From Octopus bimaculoides (taxonomy: Eukaryota): 64,000 bases of DNA. The stretch is from assembly GCF_001194135.2 (NCBI RefSeq), contig NC_068984.1, positions 88,914,379 to 88,978,378 on the forward strand, given 5' to 3'. The notes under the pieces were generated by a model that saw only the letters and a program-made list of their open reading frames with translations, made no database searches and was not told where the DNA came from. A program made the position numbers and the translations under genes. Below, piece after piece: positions 1 through 12,299 of this stretch. The stretch's first letter is position 1, and the number at the start of each line of letters is the position of its first letter.

Positions 1-946
1 TATATATATATATATATATCCCAACCATGTGGTATATTGCTCGAAAATTTCTGGTAATCCAGCTTCCCTGCAGTCAAGTTCCAGCAGTCCTTTTCTGTTT
101 TTTACTATATCATTTTGTTAACTAGTATCTATTTATACAAGCCAATATTTGTAATATTGTTTGTGGCACAATGAACAGATTAAGGCCCTCAGTGAATATT
201 TTATCCATAAGAACAAATTCAGGCAACCAACGTATATCTGATACGTAATGTCCATGCAGATAATTTTTAGTTTGGATGGTTTGGATTTTTTTAAAAATAA
301 GGTGCGTAATGTTAGTTGCCAGCCGTTTAGGTATATTTAACATATCACTGATGTTCTTTCCATACAATACTATCAAATTTCGCCGATAAAAGATGAGATT
401 CTTGAACCACTATCCTATGATAATATCTGGACCTTGGCAAGTAATCTATTCAATATTTGGTGTTTATTATAAGTCGATTTATAATTTAGTCTGCCACTAA
501 TGGCCGTAAGTTATTGATTTAACTGAGGTGGTTTAGTGTTTTAAAATTTTAAATTTTGTGTTTCCGAATTACTTTTCTACATCTTTTGTGATTATATTGT
601 TTGTGTTACATTTCAAACTACGGAAATCTGTAAATCTCTTCTTCGTAGAAATAAAATTATATATTTTAAGTAACGGACCCATCTTTACTCAGAATGTTTG
701 CTTGTATCTTGATTGCGTAGTTTCGTTCGGCTCCTGCTGATGAACTAGGAGTGTGATTACTGACACATAGCTCAAGAGATTTATAGTCTCATGTGTTGTT
801 TTTATGTCCTTGACTGGGCACCTTTTAGGTAAGTTCCTGCTGTTTCATCTACTATAATCCAGTTCTAGTTGGCAAGGCTCTTTTCATATATTTGTTTTGA
901 AAAGACTGTCTAAAAAGTCGTACATACAGATACATACGTACGTGCG

Positions 947-1014
947 TATGTAAGTATGTATGCATGTATGTATGTATGTATGTATGTATGTATGTATGTA
1001 TGTATGTATGTATG
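947..1014. repeat. (TATG)n microsatellite
   Basis: Direct reading; explains the MYVC repeat in ORF 956..1363. Confidence 0.95.
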
Positions 1015-1212
1015 CTTTCATAAGTTTAGCTTGCTCAGTAATATTAGATTTTACATTGATATATGTGTGGGAATATCTTCAGAATGTTGGCTGAATAGCA
1101 TGTATATTACATATATAATAATAAGTCGAGGCGTAAATGTTTTCTCCTTGCCGTTAAAGTCAATCATAATGTCCCATTGTCATTCATCTATTTCTCTTCC
1201 ACCATTTCAATG

Positions 1213-1281
1213 TCGCCGCCGCCACACTCGCCGCCGCCACACTCGCCGCCGCCACACTCGCCGCCGCCACACTCGCCGCCG
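1213..1281. repeat. 15-bp GC-rich minisatellite (TCGCCGCCGCCACAC) x4.6
   Basis: Four perfect units plus a 9-nt partial unit; translates as RRRHT repeats. Confidence 0.95.
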
Positions 1282-1398
1282 TAGTCATTATCATGATCAT
1301 CATCGAGATCATCAACGACGTCATCAATCCCACGTCCTCACATCATCCCACCACTACCAATAATACCACTTCAATAGAAACTCCGTTACCATCACTGT

Positions 1399-1721
1399 GA
1401 AGGCGTATGGCTCATTGGTTAGAGCGTCGGGCTCACAATCACGAGGTAGTGAGTTCGATTCCCGAACCGGACTCTATGTTGTGTTCTTGAGCAAGACTCA
1501 TTATTTCACGTTTCTCCTGTTCACTCAGCTGTAGAAGTGAGAAACTGTATCGATCTTTGCCTTTCCCTAGGATAACATCAGTGGTGTGGAGAGGGGAGGC
1601 TGGTATGCATGGGCGACTGCTGGTCTTCCATAAAACAACTTTGCCCGGACTTGTGCCGCCGAGGGGAACTTTCTAGGTGCAATCCCATGGTCATTCATGA
1701 CCGAAGGGGGTCTTTACTCTT
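1399..1721 (+). mobile_element. tRNA-derived SINE (family A here), full length
   Basis: Pol III A-box-like TGGCTCATTGG and B-box-like GAGTTCGATTCCC; flanked by imperfect 13-bp TSD TTACCATCACTGT (1386-1398) / TTACCATTACCGT (1722-1734). Confidence 0.85.
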
Positions 1722-1763
1722 TTACCATTACCGTTAGGGTATTGTCTATATTGGTCAACCGGC

Positions 1764-1935
1764 CTTCTAGAAGTAGCAACCAAATTTCCTTAAACCATAC
1801 GCTACCGTAAAATATAAAAAAGAGGCACACACTGGATAAATGAAGCTCTACATACACTACGTCTGAAAAAAAATGATGCGATAGTCACGGGTGGAATGCC
1901 TGTTGGATCAGAGTTGGTTTGGAGCTAAACACCAG
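1764..1935 (+). mobile_element. Interspersed short repeat (family E; CTAGAAATAGCAGCCAAA...GATCAG...GGGCTAAACAAC type)
   Basis: Same motif order recurs at about 38880-39075 (minus), 41465-41650, 42995-43170 and 27240-27310; class not determined. Confidence 0.55.
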
Positions 1936-2459
1936 CAAGAATATCATAACTCATTGTTCAAACCATCAGCACCACTAACACCACCACCACTCTCACCTTC
2001 ACTAACACCATCATGTCGTTAATGATTTCTTGTTGTTTCGCCCCAGGTAGGTCGTGATGGAGCAGACCTATGATCAAGTTGAATTTAATCACGACTGCCC
2101 GTCTTTTCGTGTATCTTCGACTACTACACTATGCTATATCCTTCTCTTTTAAGATAGTGTGGAGTAATTTGATGTAATTTAACTGGTATTTATAGTAGGT
2201 CGAGACATCAGACAGCAACTTACCAATTGGTTTGAACGAATGGAACCAGGAGCATATTCGATTACATTGATTCCAGTATGATGTTGTTTTATCGGCACCT
2301 GTGAAGTGGAAAATCAACTCCAGAGTGATTTGCACTCAAGAAGTAGAATTTAAGATTTAATACTATAAGAAAACGGTTTTGTCAAACATCACACTTCTTT
2401 CAATTTTAATTTGAAAGTAAAAAGAATATAACCACAATTGCATCAATGGTTTCTTATAT

Positions 2460-2615
2460 AGACACCGCGCTTCAAATTTGGAGTTGAAACAGTCATTTAT
2501 TTCGACCCGATGCTCAACTTTTATTTTATCGACTCGGTGCTTGAGTTTTATTTTGTCGACCCCGAGAAAATGAAAGGTAAACCTGAACTCGACGCTATTC
2601 GAACTTAGAACGTTA
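2460..2615 (-). mobile_element. Degenerate SINE (family C) fragment
   Basis: Reverse complement matches the GTTCTGAGTTCAAAT..CCTTTCAT..GGGGTCGATAAAAT module seen in other family C copies. Confidence 0.6.
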
Positions 2616-3175
2616 AAGAACCAAAAGGGAAATTGCAAGAATAATAACCACAATAACAAGAATAACATCTTAAGCATCACCACTTGTACGTCTTCCATCT
2701 TCTCTACTAACACCAACAACTGGAAGAAAACAACAACAATACAGAATGCAATAACAACAAACACCGCGAAGTGTAAGTAACCATTATTAGGTTTTGCCGT
2801 CTATTCATTAGTCACGTATTTTAAGAATCTATTAGAACCTAAGAGATCACGTGGATCAGTTTGCTCAGTTTTTCTTTCATAGCCGGCTGCGTCAAACAAT
2901 ATCTAATTGAAATACTGATACAACACCTTCGTCGGAAACGAGGTAATAATTTCCACCCTCAGCTTTGGGGTACACATGTTGATTTGTTTACTTAAGCAAT
3001 AAAAGTCTGAATTCTTTGAGTTACTTTCGCCACTTAAGTATCTCTACTTGTCTATCCAACTTAAGGCCTACACCTTAGTTTAGTACTACTGAAACTAGCA
3101 CCATCGCCATCAGCAACACTTCCACCAAAAAATGCTACTTTCATCTTCTCTACATCTCAATTTTGTATCTTCCAT

Positions 3176-3178
<3 letters not shown>

Positions 3179-3236
<58 letters not shown>
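3179..3236. repeat. (GT)n microsatellite
   Basis: Direct reading. Confidence 0.95.
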
Positions 3237-3239
<3 letters not shown>

Positions 3240-3399
3240 TTTGTTTGTTTACTGTCTCATATAACTCTGCTTTTGTAAATGTCTCTATCACCATCAGTCT
3301 CCAAGTCCGTCGGTTCGTCATTCCATTAGCCTGTAGCTGTCTAAATGTTTGCTTTCATGCTTGATTCTGCTACTTAAAATATAGAATGATATGCTTATT

Positions 3400-5866
3400 C
3401 TAAATAAAAGTTTTAAAATTTCATTTTTCGAATGAGCACAGAGACTTTTACTATAATCTAAATTGGGAATTTTTGTACAAAAATCAGATGTCACAGAACG
3501 TTTTATATTTCTTGCTTGAAATACATAGTTTATTTCATTTTTCATTTACTAACCACTGTAACCATCAAGATAATTTTTTACCTGCTCTTTTCAGCACTAA
3601 AATGCTGGCCTGTAGCTTATCTTTCAGCCAGTTTAAAAATAACATGTACAAGCATATTTTGTCTATGAAGTAATGTTTGCTGCAACAGGGATCATTTTAC
3701 TAGATAATTGCTTCTGATTTCGTAACAATTGTAATTGGACTGCCGAGAACCATAAAGTAATCGAACAGCGAAGATAATCTCCCTTCCTCGCATGAAAAGC
3801 CTCATGATTTTACAAACGTTAACATAGAGGATTTTGTTCATTAATGGATAAGTCCAATGAAACAATTCTACTTTAAATTGTTGGCAGTCAGAACTTTCAA
3901 CGCTTTCATTCAAAATTTAATCCAGACACAATATCCTAAATAAGTAATTTAATTCGAAATTCAAATCACGAGTTACTCTAAAATCATTAGGTAAAGGTAT
4001 TTTAAAATTTCCCTTTACTGACCCCTGTAACCACCAGGATAATTTTTTACCTGCTCTTTTCAAAACTAAAATACGTGCCTGTAGCTTAATCTTTCAGCCA
4101 GTTTATAAATGACATGTACAAGCATATTTTTCTATGAAGTAATGTTTTATGCATCACAAATCTCATGTTAATCTTTGGGTTGCAGATCTAATCCGTCATC
4201 CGGTTTAGCACCATCATTTCGCTCATCGTTCTCAGAAAATTTGTGTCCTTCAAGAGCTTACGGATCTGTGGTCCATCAAAGATTCCTGCTTTAAGTTTTT
4301 CAGTCAAGTCTGGAGATACACTGCAGATATACTTGAAGCACTCCCCATTTTTGTCAAGAGCTTTGACGAATTGCTTGATCAATCCGAGTTTGATGTGTAA
4401 ATGATCTTATCTCGCTCAACTAAAGTTTCTTCCAATATATTGGCAACTCTACATGAAGCTATATTTGTTCGAGGAGGCCAATCCTTCTTAACATAGTGGT
4501 TTACTAGGTCTCTACCGTCCCACATGCAAAGAAAGCATGGGTATTTGGTGTAACCGGATTGTTGCCCCATGAGAAAATTCACCATCTTTAAGTCAACGCG
4601 GATGACCTATTTATGATCATGGTACAGTTGTTGTTGGCACTCCGTCGCTTACGACGTCGAGGGTTCCAGTTGATCCGATCAACGGAACAGCCTGCTCGTG
4701 AAATTAACGTGCAAGTGGCTGAGCACTCCACAGACACGTGTACCCTTAACGTAGTTCTCGGGGGTATTCAACGTGACACGGTGTGACAAGGCTGACCCTT
4801 TGAATTACAGGCACAACAGAAACAGGAAGTAAGAGTGAGAGAAAGTTGTGGTGAAAGAGTACAGTAGGATTCGCCACCATCCACTGCCGGAGCCTCGTGG
4901 AGGTTTAGGTGTTTTCGCTCAATAAATACTCACATCGCCCGGTCTGGGAATCGAAACCGCGATCCTATGACCGCGAGTCCTCTGCCCTAACCACTGGGCC
5001 ATTGCGCCTCCACCGTGATACAGTATCTTCTCTAAAACCAACTTAATTTCTTCGTATTTTACCGTCAGTGTTGTTGAGTGGCCGAGTGGAACAGAGCCAT
5101 ACATATTTCCCTTGTGCAGCCATACACATTTTAAACTACGCTTAGAGTTGTCTATGAAAAGACGTCATTCTTCTGGTTTGTATTCCTCAATGACAAGTTT
5201 ATTAAGAAGTCCACTGACATCTCTGCAGCAAACCAGCTCTTCCTCTCTTGGGAAGAAAGAAAGGAAGTCTTCATGCCGACTCCGATAAAAGTTATACGGA
5301 CACCATTCTCAAGAAGACTCTTCTCTTTCGGTTGGGAAGCCAACAGTTCTACATAATTTTTGGGGAGATTCAAGTCACGAACTAGATCATTCAGTTTTAC
5401 CTGGGAGATTAGCTGAGGTAAAGTCTCAGCTGAAAAATCTTGATCTCTAGTGTCATCTTCAGGTGATGAATCTTCTTTGATTGAGGATAAAGTTATCTGA
5501 GGCAAGACATTGAAGACAAGAACGAAGCTCTTCACTGTGTGGAACCAGTCTAATAGCAGAGGCAAGATTAGGATAGACAAGCGTTTGTCGATTTTTCTGG
5601 TTAATACCCTTCAAATTTAGGTTACAAAAATAGCAGTCGTCCACGTGATTATAGGGCTCCCGCCATACTATTAGTATAGCAAACTCCATACTTTTCTTGT
5701 TCCGCTAGTCCATTGTCGCAAATGTTCTGTACATTGTTTGCAGACATTATGCGGTGCCCAATATTAATCTTTGTCTCCCAGCTTGACCCCAAAATATGCC
5801 ATATCGGTTTTTTCAACAAAATCAGTGAGGTTTTTTTCGATTATCAGGTAATGTGTATTCTCCACA
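3400..5866 (-). mobile_element. Decayed Chapaev3-type (CMC superfamily) DNA transposon
   Basis: Minus-strand translations give CGEYTLPDNRKNLTDFVEK..AYFGVKLGDKD*YWAPHNVCKQCTEHLRQW, VWREPYNHVDDCYFC (Cys/His-rich N-terminal domain), GQQSGYTKYPCFLCMWD and MIKQFVKALDKNGECFKY..KAGIFDGPQIRKL. Frameshifts, stops and an internal deletion after RTMSE. Left boundary is approximate. Confidence 0.85.
4629..5015 (-). mobile_element. tRNA-derived SINE (family B), full length, inserted in the Chapaev transposase
   Basis: Head GGAGGCGCAATGGCCCAGTGGTTAGGG..GGTTTCGATTCCC on minus strand; 9-bp TSD TGGTACAGT (4620-4628) / TGATACAGT (5016-5024); transposase reads EKILYH-DHK across it. Confidence 0.9.
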
Positions 5867-5884
5867 AACAATAAAAAAAAACAT

Positions 5885-5975
5885 ATTTGGAGAATTTGAA
5901 CTCAGAACGTTGCGACGGGCGAAATACCGCTAAGCATCGCGTTCAGCGTTCTAACGACTCTGCCAACTCGCTGCG
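5885..5975 (-). mobile_element. SINE family C 5' part
   Basis: Reverse complement GCGAGTTGGCAGAGTCGTTAGAACG..TGCTTAGCGGTATTTCG..GTTCTGAGTTCAAAT. Confidence 0.8.
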
Positions 5976-7689
5976 TTAAGCTTTAATACTAATAATAGTA
6001 ATAGTTATAGCTAGTTGTTGTTTTCGTCGTCGTGGTGGTGGTGGCGGCGGCGGCGGCGGCGGCGGTGGCTTATGTGTGGTGGTGGTAAGTGAGGGGTGAT
6101 GAGGGTGGTGGGTTGCAGCAGTGGTAAGTAGTGGGATAGTGGGTGATAGTAGACGCTGTCAGTCGTAGATATTAAGAGTTAAAGGATCCTCATCCAGCAA
6201 TAATACTTTTTGCTTTACAACTTTTACCAATCTCAACCAAATGCTATCTTCAACAGATACCACCCGTCAAGACCAATACTTCCACTTCTTTTGCGTTTTT
6301 TCAAGTTCTGCACTGAGCGACATTTAACAGCCAACAAACCAACTAAACTAATGGCCCTGCTATCATCCTTCTCCACCACGAGTATCACTATTATCACCAG
6401 CATCGCTGAAGTCACCACCACCACCACCACTACCTTTCAATAACAATTCCTAAGAATCCCACAGACAGTTTCGTTTCAGCGCTACAAAGACAAGTGGTTC
6501 AGACGACATTCTCCACATTATTCTGAGATCTGCCACCCCATCAACTTCCATATAATCCTACCTAGGATATTTCATTCACTTACCAGTCACCCACATTATT
6601 TCATATTCAAGTAAACATCTCGATGTCTTCCTCACAACGAGAGAGAGAAGCGAGCTGAAAGAGAGAGAAAAAGATGGAGTGGGGCTGTATATCAAATCGA
6701 CTATCAGTTAATCTCATCCCCCCACCCCACTCACATACAACATTTTCCAATAATAAACATATAACTAATGCCGTATCTCGGAAGAAGGCCCTCCACATTC
6801 CTGCCGTACCCTATCTCTCGCTCACTAGTGATGCAGCTATCGCTATCAAAAATCATCGAATTTTCTGGTCTTATAACATCTCCAAACGAATCCAAAACTT
6901 TATTCTATTCACAATCTTCCTTAGCTCGTCTGTGTGTATGTGTGTGTATAATCACACACACACACACACACATATATATTATATATATATATATTCGAGG
7001 TGTATATGGTACTTAAGTTTAGGCACTAGAATTAAGTATGGTATTATCCATACAATTCCAAAATAACTGCATTTGCCCGCTTCCGTTAGGGAATGAGGCA
7101 TTGCTATAATTGTCCTTATTATTAAATATCCATAACAGATAACATTAAATAATTGCAAATATAAACGTATAGACTGTATACAAGAAAGCAATAAAAAAAA
7201 AAAAATTATGCCTAGTGAAAGTAACTGCGGATGACACTAGGTAGACCAAACCAAGGAAACAAAAGGAGTATAAATAACAAATATTGTTGTTGCTTAGTTG
7301 TGGTTGCTGTTGTTGTTGTTCTCAAGGTCATCCCTGACGGGAAAGTCATATTGAACCTGTTTGTATATTCCTCAGATAATAGTTTGAATCTAATTTTCAT
7401 CTACCATTGACTGTATAATGGAAACTGAAATACTACTCCCTGACTAGATGATAATTTAGCTGTACGTTGTTCTTTCTTTTTCTTTTCTCTTCTTTTTTCT
7501 TTTTGCTTTATCTCTTACTCCTTGTCAGAGATCAAATTCGTGAGCAGGTCTATGATATTTGTTTTCGCGTGAGAGGAATGTCTTGCAACGACAGAACAGC
7601 AAAGACAGCAGACATCTAACAGTTCCTCACCACAAGAGCTCCTATACGAAGTCCTGCCAATAACTTTGAGAAAGTAATACATAATACGT

Positions 7690-10469
7690 CTTTTCTATGC
7701 CTGACCATTACATGTCATGCGAAGTAAGTTCGCTACAATGGGATTTCTCGAAGAATCTACGTGATATCCATTTGCTTCTGAAGTTTATGCTAAATCTCTT
7801 CTGCAGTAAATACTGCCACTGCAGAATTCGGGATCCGGACAAAAGTCCCCTAGGACAAACCCCACCTAGGACAAAACCCTCTCCGACAAAACCTCCTTAG
7901 TTAAAGTGCGAAAGCGGACAAAACCCACTCGGTTACATTTTTTGGTTACTTTTCGGCTTTTTTTTTTTTTTTCTAAAAAGTTTTCTACTTCTTTCAGTCA
8001 TTGGACTGCGGCAATATTGGGGTACCGCCTTAAGGAACTTTTAGTCGAATGTATCGACCCCAGAATTTTTTTTCTTTTACTTGTTTCATTTATTAGACTG
8101 CAGCCATGCTGGTGCACCGCCTTGAGGAATTTTTAGTCGACTGTATCGACTTCGGAATTTTTTTATTTTCATACTTGTTTCAGTCATTAGACTGCGGTCA
8201 TGCTAGGGCACCACTTTTAGTCGCAGAAAAATCAGCATCTTAAAATTTGAAGTCTTTTGTTTTCTTCTGTCTGCACTGAGAGATTAATGAGAATGAGCTG
8301 ACCTTTTAAACTTTCTCTGGCCGTTGAAGGTCTAACAGAATTATGGCGCCGAAGGCTAGTCGTTCAAACGTACTACTTATCGTTTCTATCTTTCTACACA
8401 TTTCTTGTAGGATTGTTAGGATTCAGACAATATGTACATTGAGTAGAAAAGAGTCTTGTGTTACATATTTATTTTCGATTGAATATATTTTTGTTTACTT
8501 AATTTTAGAAAATAAATGTTTTTTTAGAGACTCGCTTTCTGTTTTTGTTTACGTGAAATTGTAAAAATAAATTCAAGAAATTTGGCTGTTATTTCTAGCA
8601 TGTGGAGAGATTTTCTAGGCTTAACTTTATGCGCTGGTTGAAAGTCACCTAAAAAAATTCTGCCGGGGGTCGATACATTAGACTAAAATTTCTACAAGGT
8701 GGTGCCCCAGCATGGCCGCAGTCTAATGATTTAACAAGTACAAAGGTAAAAAGTAAGAAAAGGAAATATATCGTAGAGGTGGTTTTGACCAGGCTTAAAA
8801 AAAATTCTGGGTTCCATACAGTCGTCTAAAAATTCTTGAAGATGGTGCTCCATCATGGCCGCAGTTTAATAATTGCAACAAGTAAAGAAGAAAAAATAAT
8901 TCTAGTGTCGATACGTTCAGCTAATAATTTTTCAACCCCAACCAAGCATGCCACAGTGTAATGACTGAAACAAGTAAAAGGGCAAAAAAAAAAACGAAAA
9001 GATAACCGAAAAATATAACCGAGGGGGTTTTGTCCACTTTTTTTTAACTATTGGGGCAGAATTCTGTTGATATTAATGTCCAGTTACATTTCACATAATG
9101 ATATGAAGGTACCTTGGTCACGAGCGAAAAATCGCCTGTGTTTAAGTGAAGCCGGATGCCATTGTCCCATTTGCAGTGTTTGTCCACTGCGATGGCTACT
9201 AACTTGGCCTGGGAATGATTAACTGCGTAAAAGTATGTAAAGGGCTCTGGAGGATTTATCAACATACAGCACCACTTCTGTAGGTTCATAGTTCAGTCCG
9301 TAGTGCATTAGTACTCTAAGCAGTTAGAAGAAGGAAAAAGGTTGACAACCAGTGGAGCGGAAATGTTTGTCTGCTTTACATCGTATTACACTGTGCGTTG
9401 TATGTTTCCATTTACTTTTGACACTTTGTTGCATTTCAGTGAAGATAACAAGAGAAAGTAAATGAGAGTGCAAGTCTCCTTCTGTCACTTTTGCCTGCTG
9501 ACTTTTGTGATCTTTTCGTCCTCTTTGCACAAGTCTTGCTATGAATCGAGCTTCTGGTAAAGATGAAATAATCTTCTTCACTGATGATGAATGTTAGAAG
9601 AACATTTATATCCAAGACAAGTTGGACGTCGAAGGTATGTGGCAAACGCTCAAACGACATGCCGCTTAACTTGTTTGAGGTGAAACCGAAACGGCGAGGA
9701 AAATCGTCATATTTGGAGAGGTCAATGATCAGTGAGGTTGTTGGAGGCCAAGCAAGAAGTAGTGGAGAGCCTTTCGCCTATTTTCACCTTAAGACTTTCA
9801 TTCTTATTTTGGATCGGAAGTAAGACGCCACTTTTCAGCAAGAACCACATATATGTTAATGCCGAAAGTGAGCATTCTCTCAACTTTGATGATTTCAAAT
9901 TCGTGGCAGACCTATCGAATGAACCTGGACGACCTGAAGAAAAAGCATTACGGTACGAAGCATCTAGTTGAATAGAAGTCACTTCGACTGGGTGCTTTAG
10001 GGTTTTGTATACCTACAACGTTGCTTTCTGTGAACTCTTCAAACGGCTTCATACTACTGTAACACTTACCTGTAAACTTTGTGGACTGTAACGTATGTTT
10101 ATCTCAAGGTGCAGATGATCGAAGACTTACTTATGGAATTCATTGGCAGACAATTCACTGGATAATTTAGGCCAATTGACATTGAAATACGATTTACTTA
10201 AAATCTGAAGCTTTAAGAATCCATCCTTTATTTTGCAACAAAGCACTAAAACTGTTGAATTACAATAGTGTAGGTTGTATTTATTACTTCAATAGATGTT
10301 GCTGGCTTTCATGTTTCATTCCTTTTACTGATAGTGACTTTCTAAATGATACATTAAAATAAAGAAATTACAAAAACTCATACTATTACTTATACAAATT
10401 TTATCCGTCCTTGTTGTTTTCTTGTCGGGTCTTGCCTCGGACTGGTGCAAAATACTGGCTCCGCCATTG
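7690..10469 (+). mobile_element. Decayed hAT (ZMYM1/Tip100-like) DNA transposon, 5' truncated, interrupted at 7830-9055
   Basis: Degenerate motifs in the expected order: YEGTLVTSEK (YDGAxVMSG), FAVFVHCDGY*LGL (VHCxxHxLNL), VDNQWSG (TRW), SEVRRHFS, AFCELFK..VTLPV..SKTYLWNSL (C-terminal dimerisation domain); 3' TIR-like CTGGCTCCGCCATTG at 10455-10469. Left boundary is uncertain. Confidence 0.75.
7830..9055. mobile_element. Non-autonomous foldback/MULE-like element with long inverted arms
   Basis: GCAGAATTC at 7821-7829 and 9056-9064 (9-bp TSD); left terminus GGGATCCGGACAAAA with GGACAAAA subrepeats; 7914-7970 is the inverted copy of 8975-9036; three roughly 95-bp units per arm in opposite orientation. 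Outer right terminus is degenerate or deleted. Confidence 0.7.
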
Positions 10470-10689
10470 CTTAGAATAACATTCCCTTCTAACTTCGATG
10501 CAAGTATACAAATGTATAGGAAGAGTGTGTAGATGATAGACTGGGATGTACATCAACGTCGCTTTAATAAAGAAGCACAAAGTCAAATTTTTAAATGTTT
10601 TCACCGAAATCTGGGGTTTCTTGGAACCTACCTTGTGACATACTGAGGTACATTGTACAAATTTATACTACTTGACTTGGTATTTCCAT

Positions 10690-10830
10690 GTTATCGAACC
10701 TGGAATGATGGAAGGCAAATTTGACTCGGATTTGAAGTATGAACACAAATGACCAAAAACACATACCGCAGACCTTTTTTCTTTTATCCTTGAACTATCC
10801 TCAATTCTGCCAATTCGCCGCCTACCAAGT
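10690..10830 (-). mobile_element. Old SINE family C fragment
   Basis: ATCGAACCTGGAATGATGGAAGGCAAATTTGACTCGGATTTGAA..ATTCTGCCAATTCGCCGCC matches family C reversed. Confidence 0.5.
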
Positions 10831-11059
10831 TTATTTATTTACATATATCTTGACTTATGTTCTCAAGCTTTTATAATTAGTCTGGAAGATTAATTTGAGA
10901 AGCAGTGAGAAAGTGGCTTCTAAAAACAACGCACAGACACAAAGTAAATGAAATGTATAGACGTACTTTTAATGAAACATCGTTCATTGTGTTGATCTTT
11001 GTTGTCTCTTTATTGAGGTCATCTCTTTTTCTTTCTTTTTCCCGCCTTTGATGGATGAC

Positions 11060-11095
<36 letters not shown>

Positions 11096-12299
11096 TGTAG
11101 TAGTAAAGAAGCCGACTACATTGACAACATGCTGAGTCATTCTTCCACTCTCTGCTATGATGGATTGTAGCGGATATCTTAGTTATCATTGCTGTTTTAG
11201 TGGTTACTTAGCCACAGGTCAGTTTCCACTGTGCTGACCTGTGATTAAAGGGCGGATAGTAATCCAAAATCAGGGAAAGAAGCAGATAAAATCCAGGCAA
11301 CTACTCCATTCCCTAATTTGGGATTTCTATTCGCACGCGCGCGAATGCATGTATGTATGCATGTATGTATGTATGTATGTGTGTGTATGTATGTATGTAT
11401 GTATGTGTGTGTGTGTGTATGTATGTATGTATATTTTCCTGTGTCAGGAAATCAGCAATGCACTGGGTTTCCAGTCAACGACTATATTCTTTCAAAATAT
11501 CTTCTTTTGTAACACTATAAGAAATTACTATTTTACAAGAAAAAATAGTCGCTGCAGGCTGGTTGGATTGTTGGAAGTTTTTTGTAGTTATGAGCTCCGT
11601 GATTCGTAAATCGAACTCTAGTGTTTCCTTGTGCATTTGATTATGAAAAAACAAAAAAAGCACCTTGCAAAAATTCAAGTTTCACTTGATTAAATTTTCT
11701 CATTATTTCCCTCTGCGAATCTAATCCACGCTTCTTCTATCGTGTATGTTGTCTTCTACTTCTTTTGCAGTCAACTTAATTTCAGTCTCTTAGTTTTCAG
11801 TCATTCATCTTCTAGAACGTTCAACCCAAATTGCATTTAAATCAGTTTAGAACTTGGGCATTGTCGTTTAGTTCTGTATGTTATCGGATTCATTTCGTTG
11901 TTTTGTGGTCTTCCACATTGTTTCAGCCAATACAGCTCGTAAACGTCTTACATTGTCCCTTGCTTACTTGTTAGTTCTTTGAAAGTTAGTTTATAAGTAG
12001 ATGTCATAGAATCGATAGCTGTAACTAGTTGGATGAGTTATTGCTGTGTTTCTTTCTCCAATTGTAGTTGATTCAAATCATTTCATGTGTTACTTATGAT
12101 GTGATGGTAGTAATAATCTTACTCCATTGTTCAACCCCATTACAACCGACAAAAACATGGATGTCACCTAAATTTCGTGTTTGTTACTCATAAACATGTA
12201 GCAAGAAGTATATACTCTTTTACTCTTTACTTGAAGAAATCAACAATTCTTGATCAATAGTTATATTGACACACTAGCTATGAAAGCGCTGCGTGTAGT

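Noticed and set aside
700-800. CTGATGA..GACACATAG hammerhead-like motif
   Set aside because: GAAA core is broken and no consistent stems form.
956-1363. 135-aa ORF with RRRHT and His-rich repeats
   Set aside because: Built from (TATG)n, a minisatellite and CAT/CAC low-complexity DNA; no domain or splice support.
10060-10075. Perfect minus-strand donor CAG/GTAAGT
   Set aside because: Lies within the plus-strand hAT TLP codons; no matching acceptor or exon frame.
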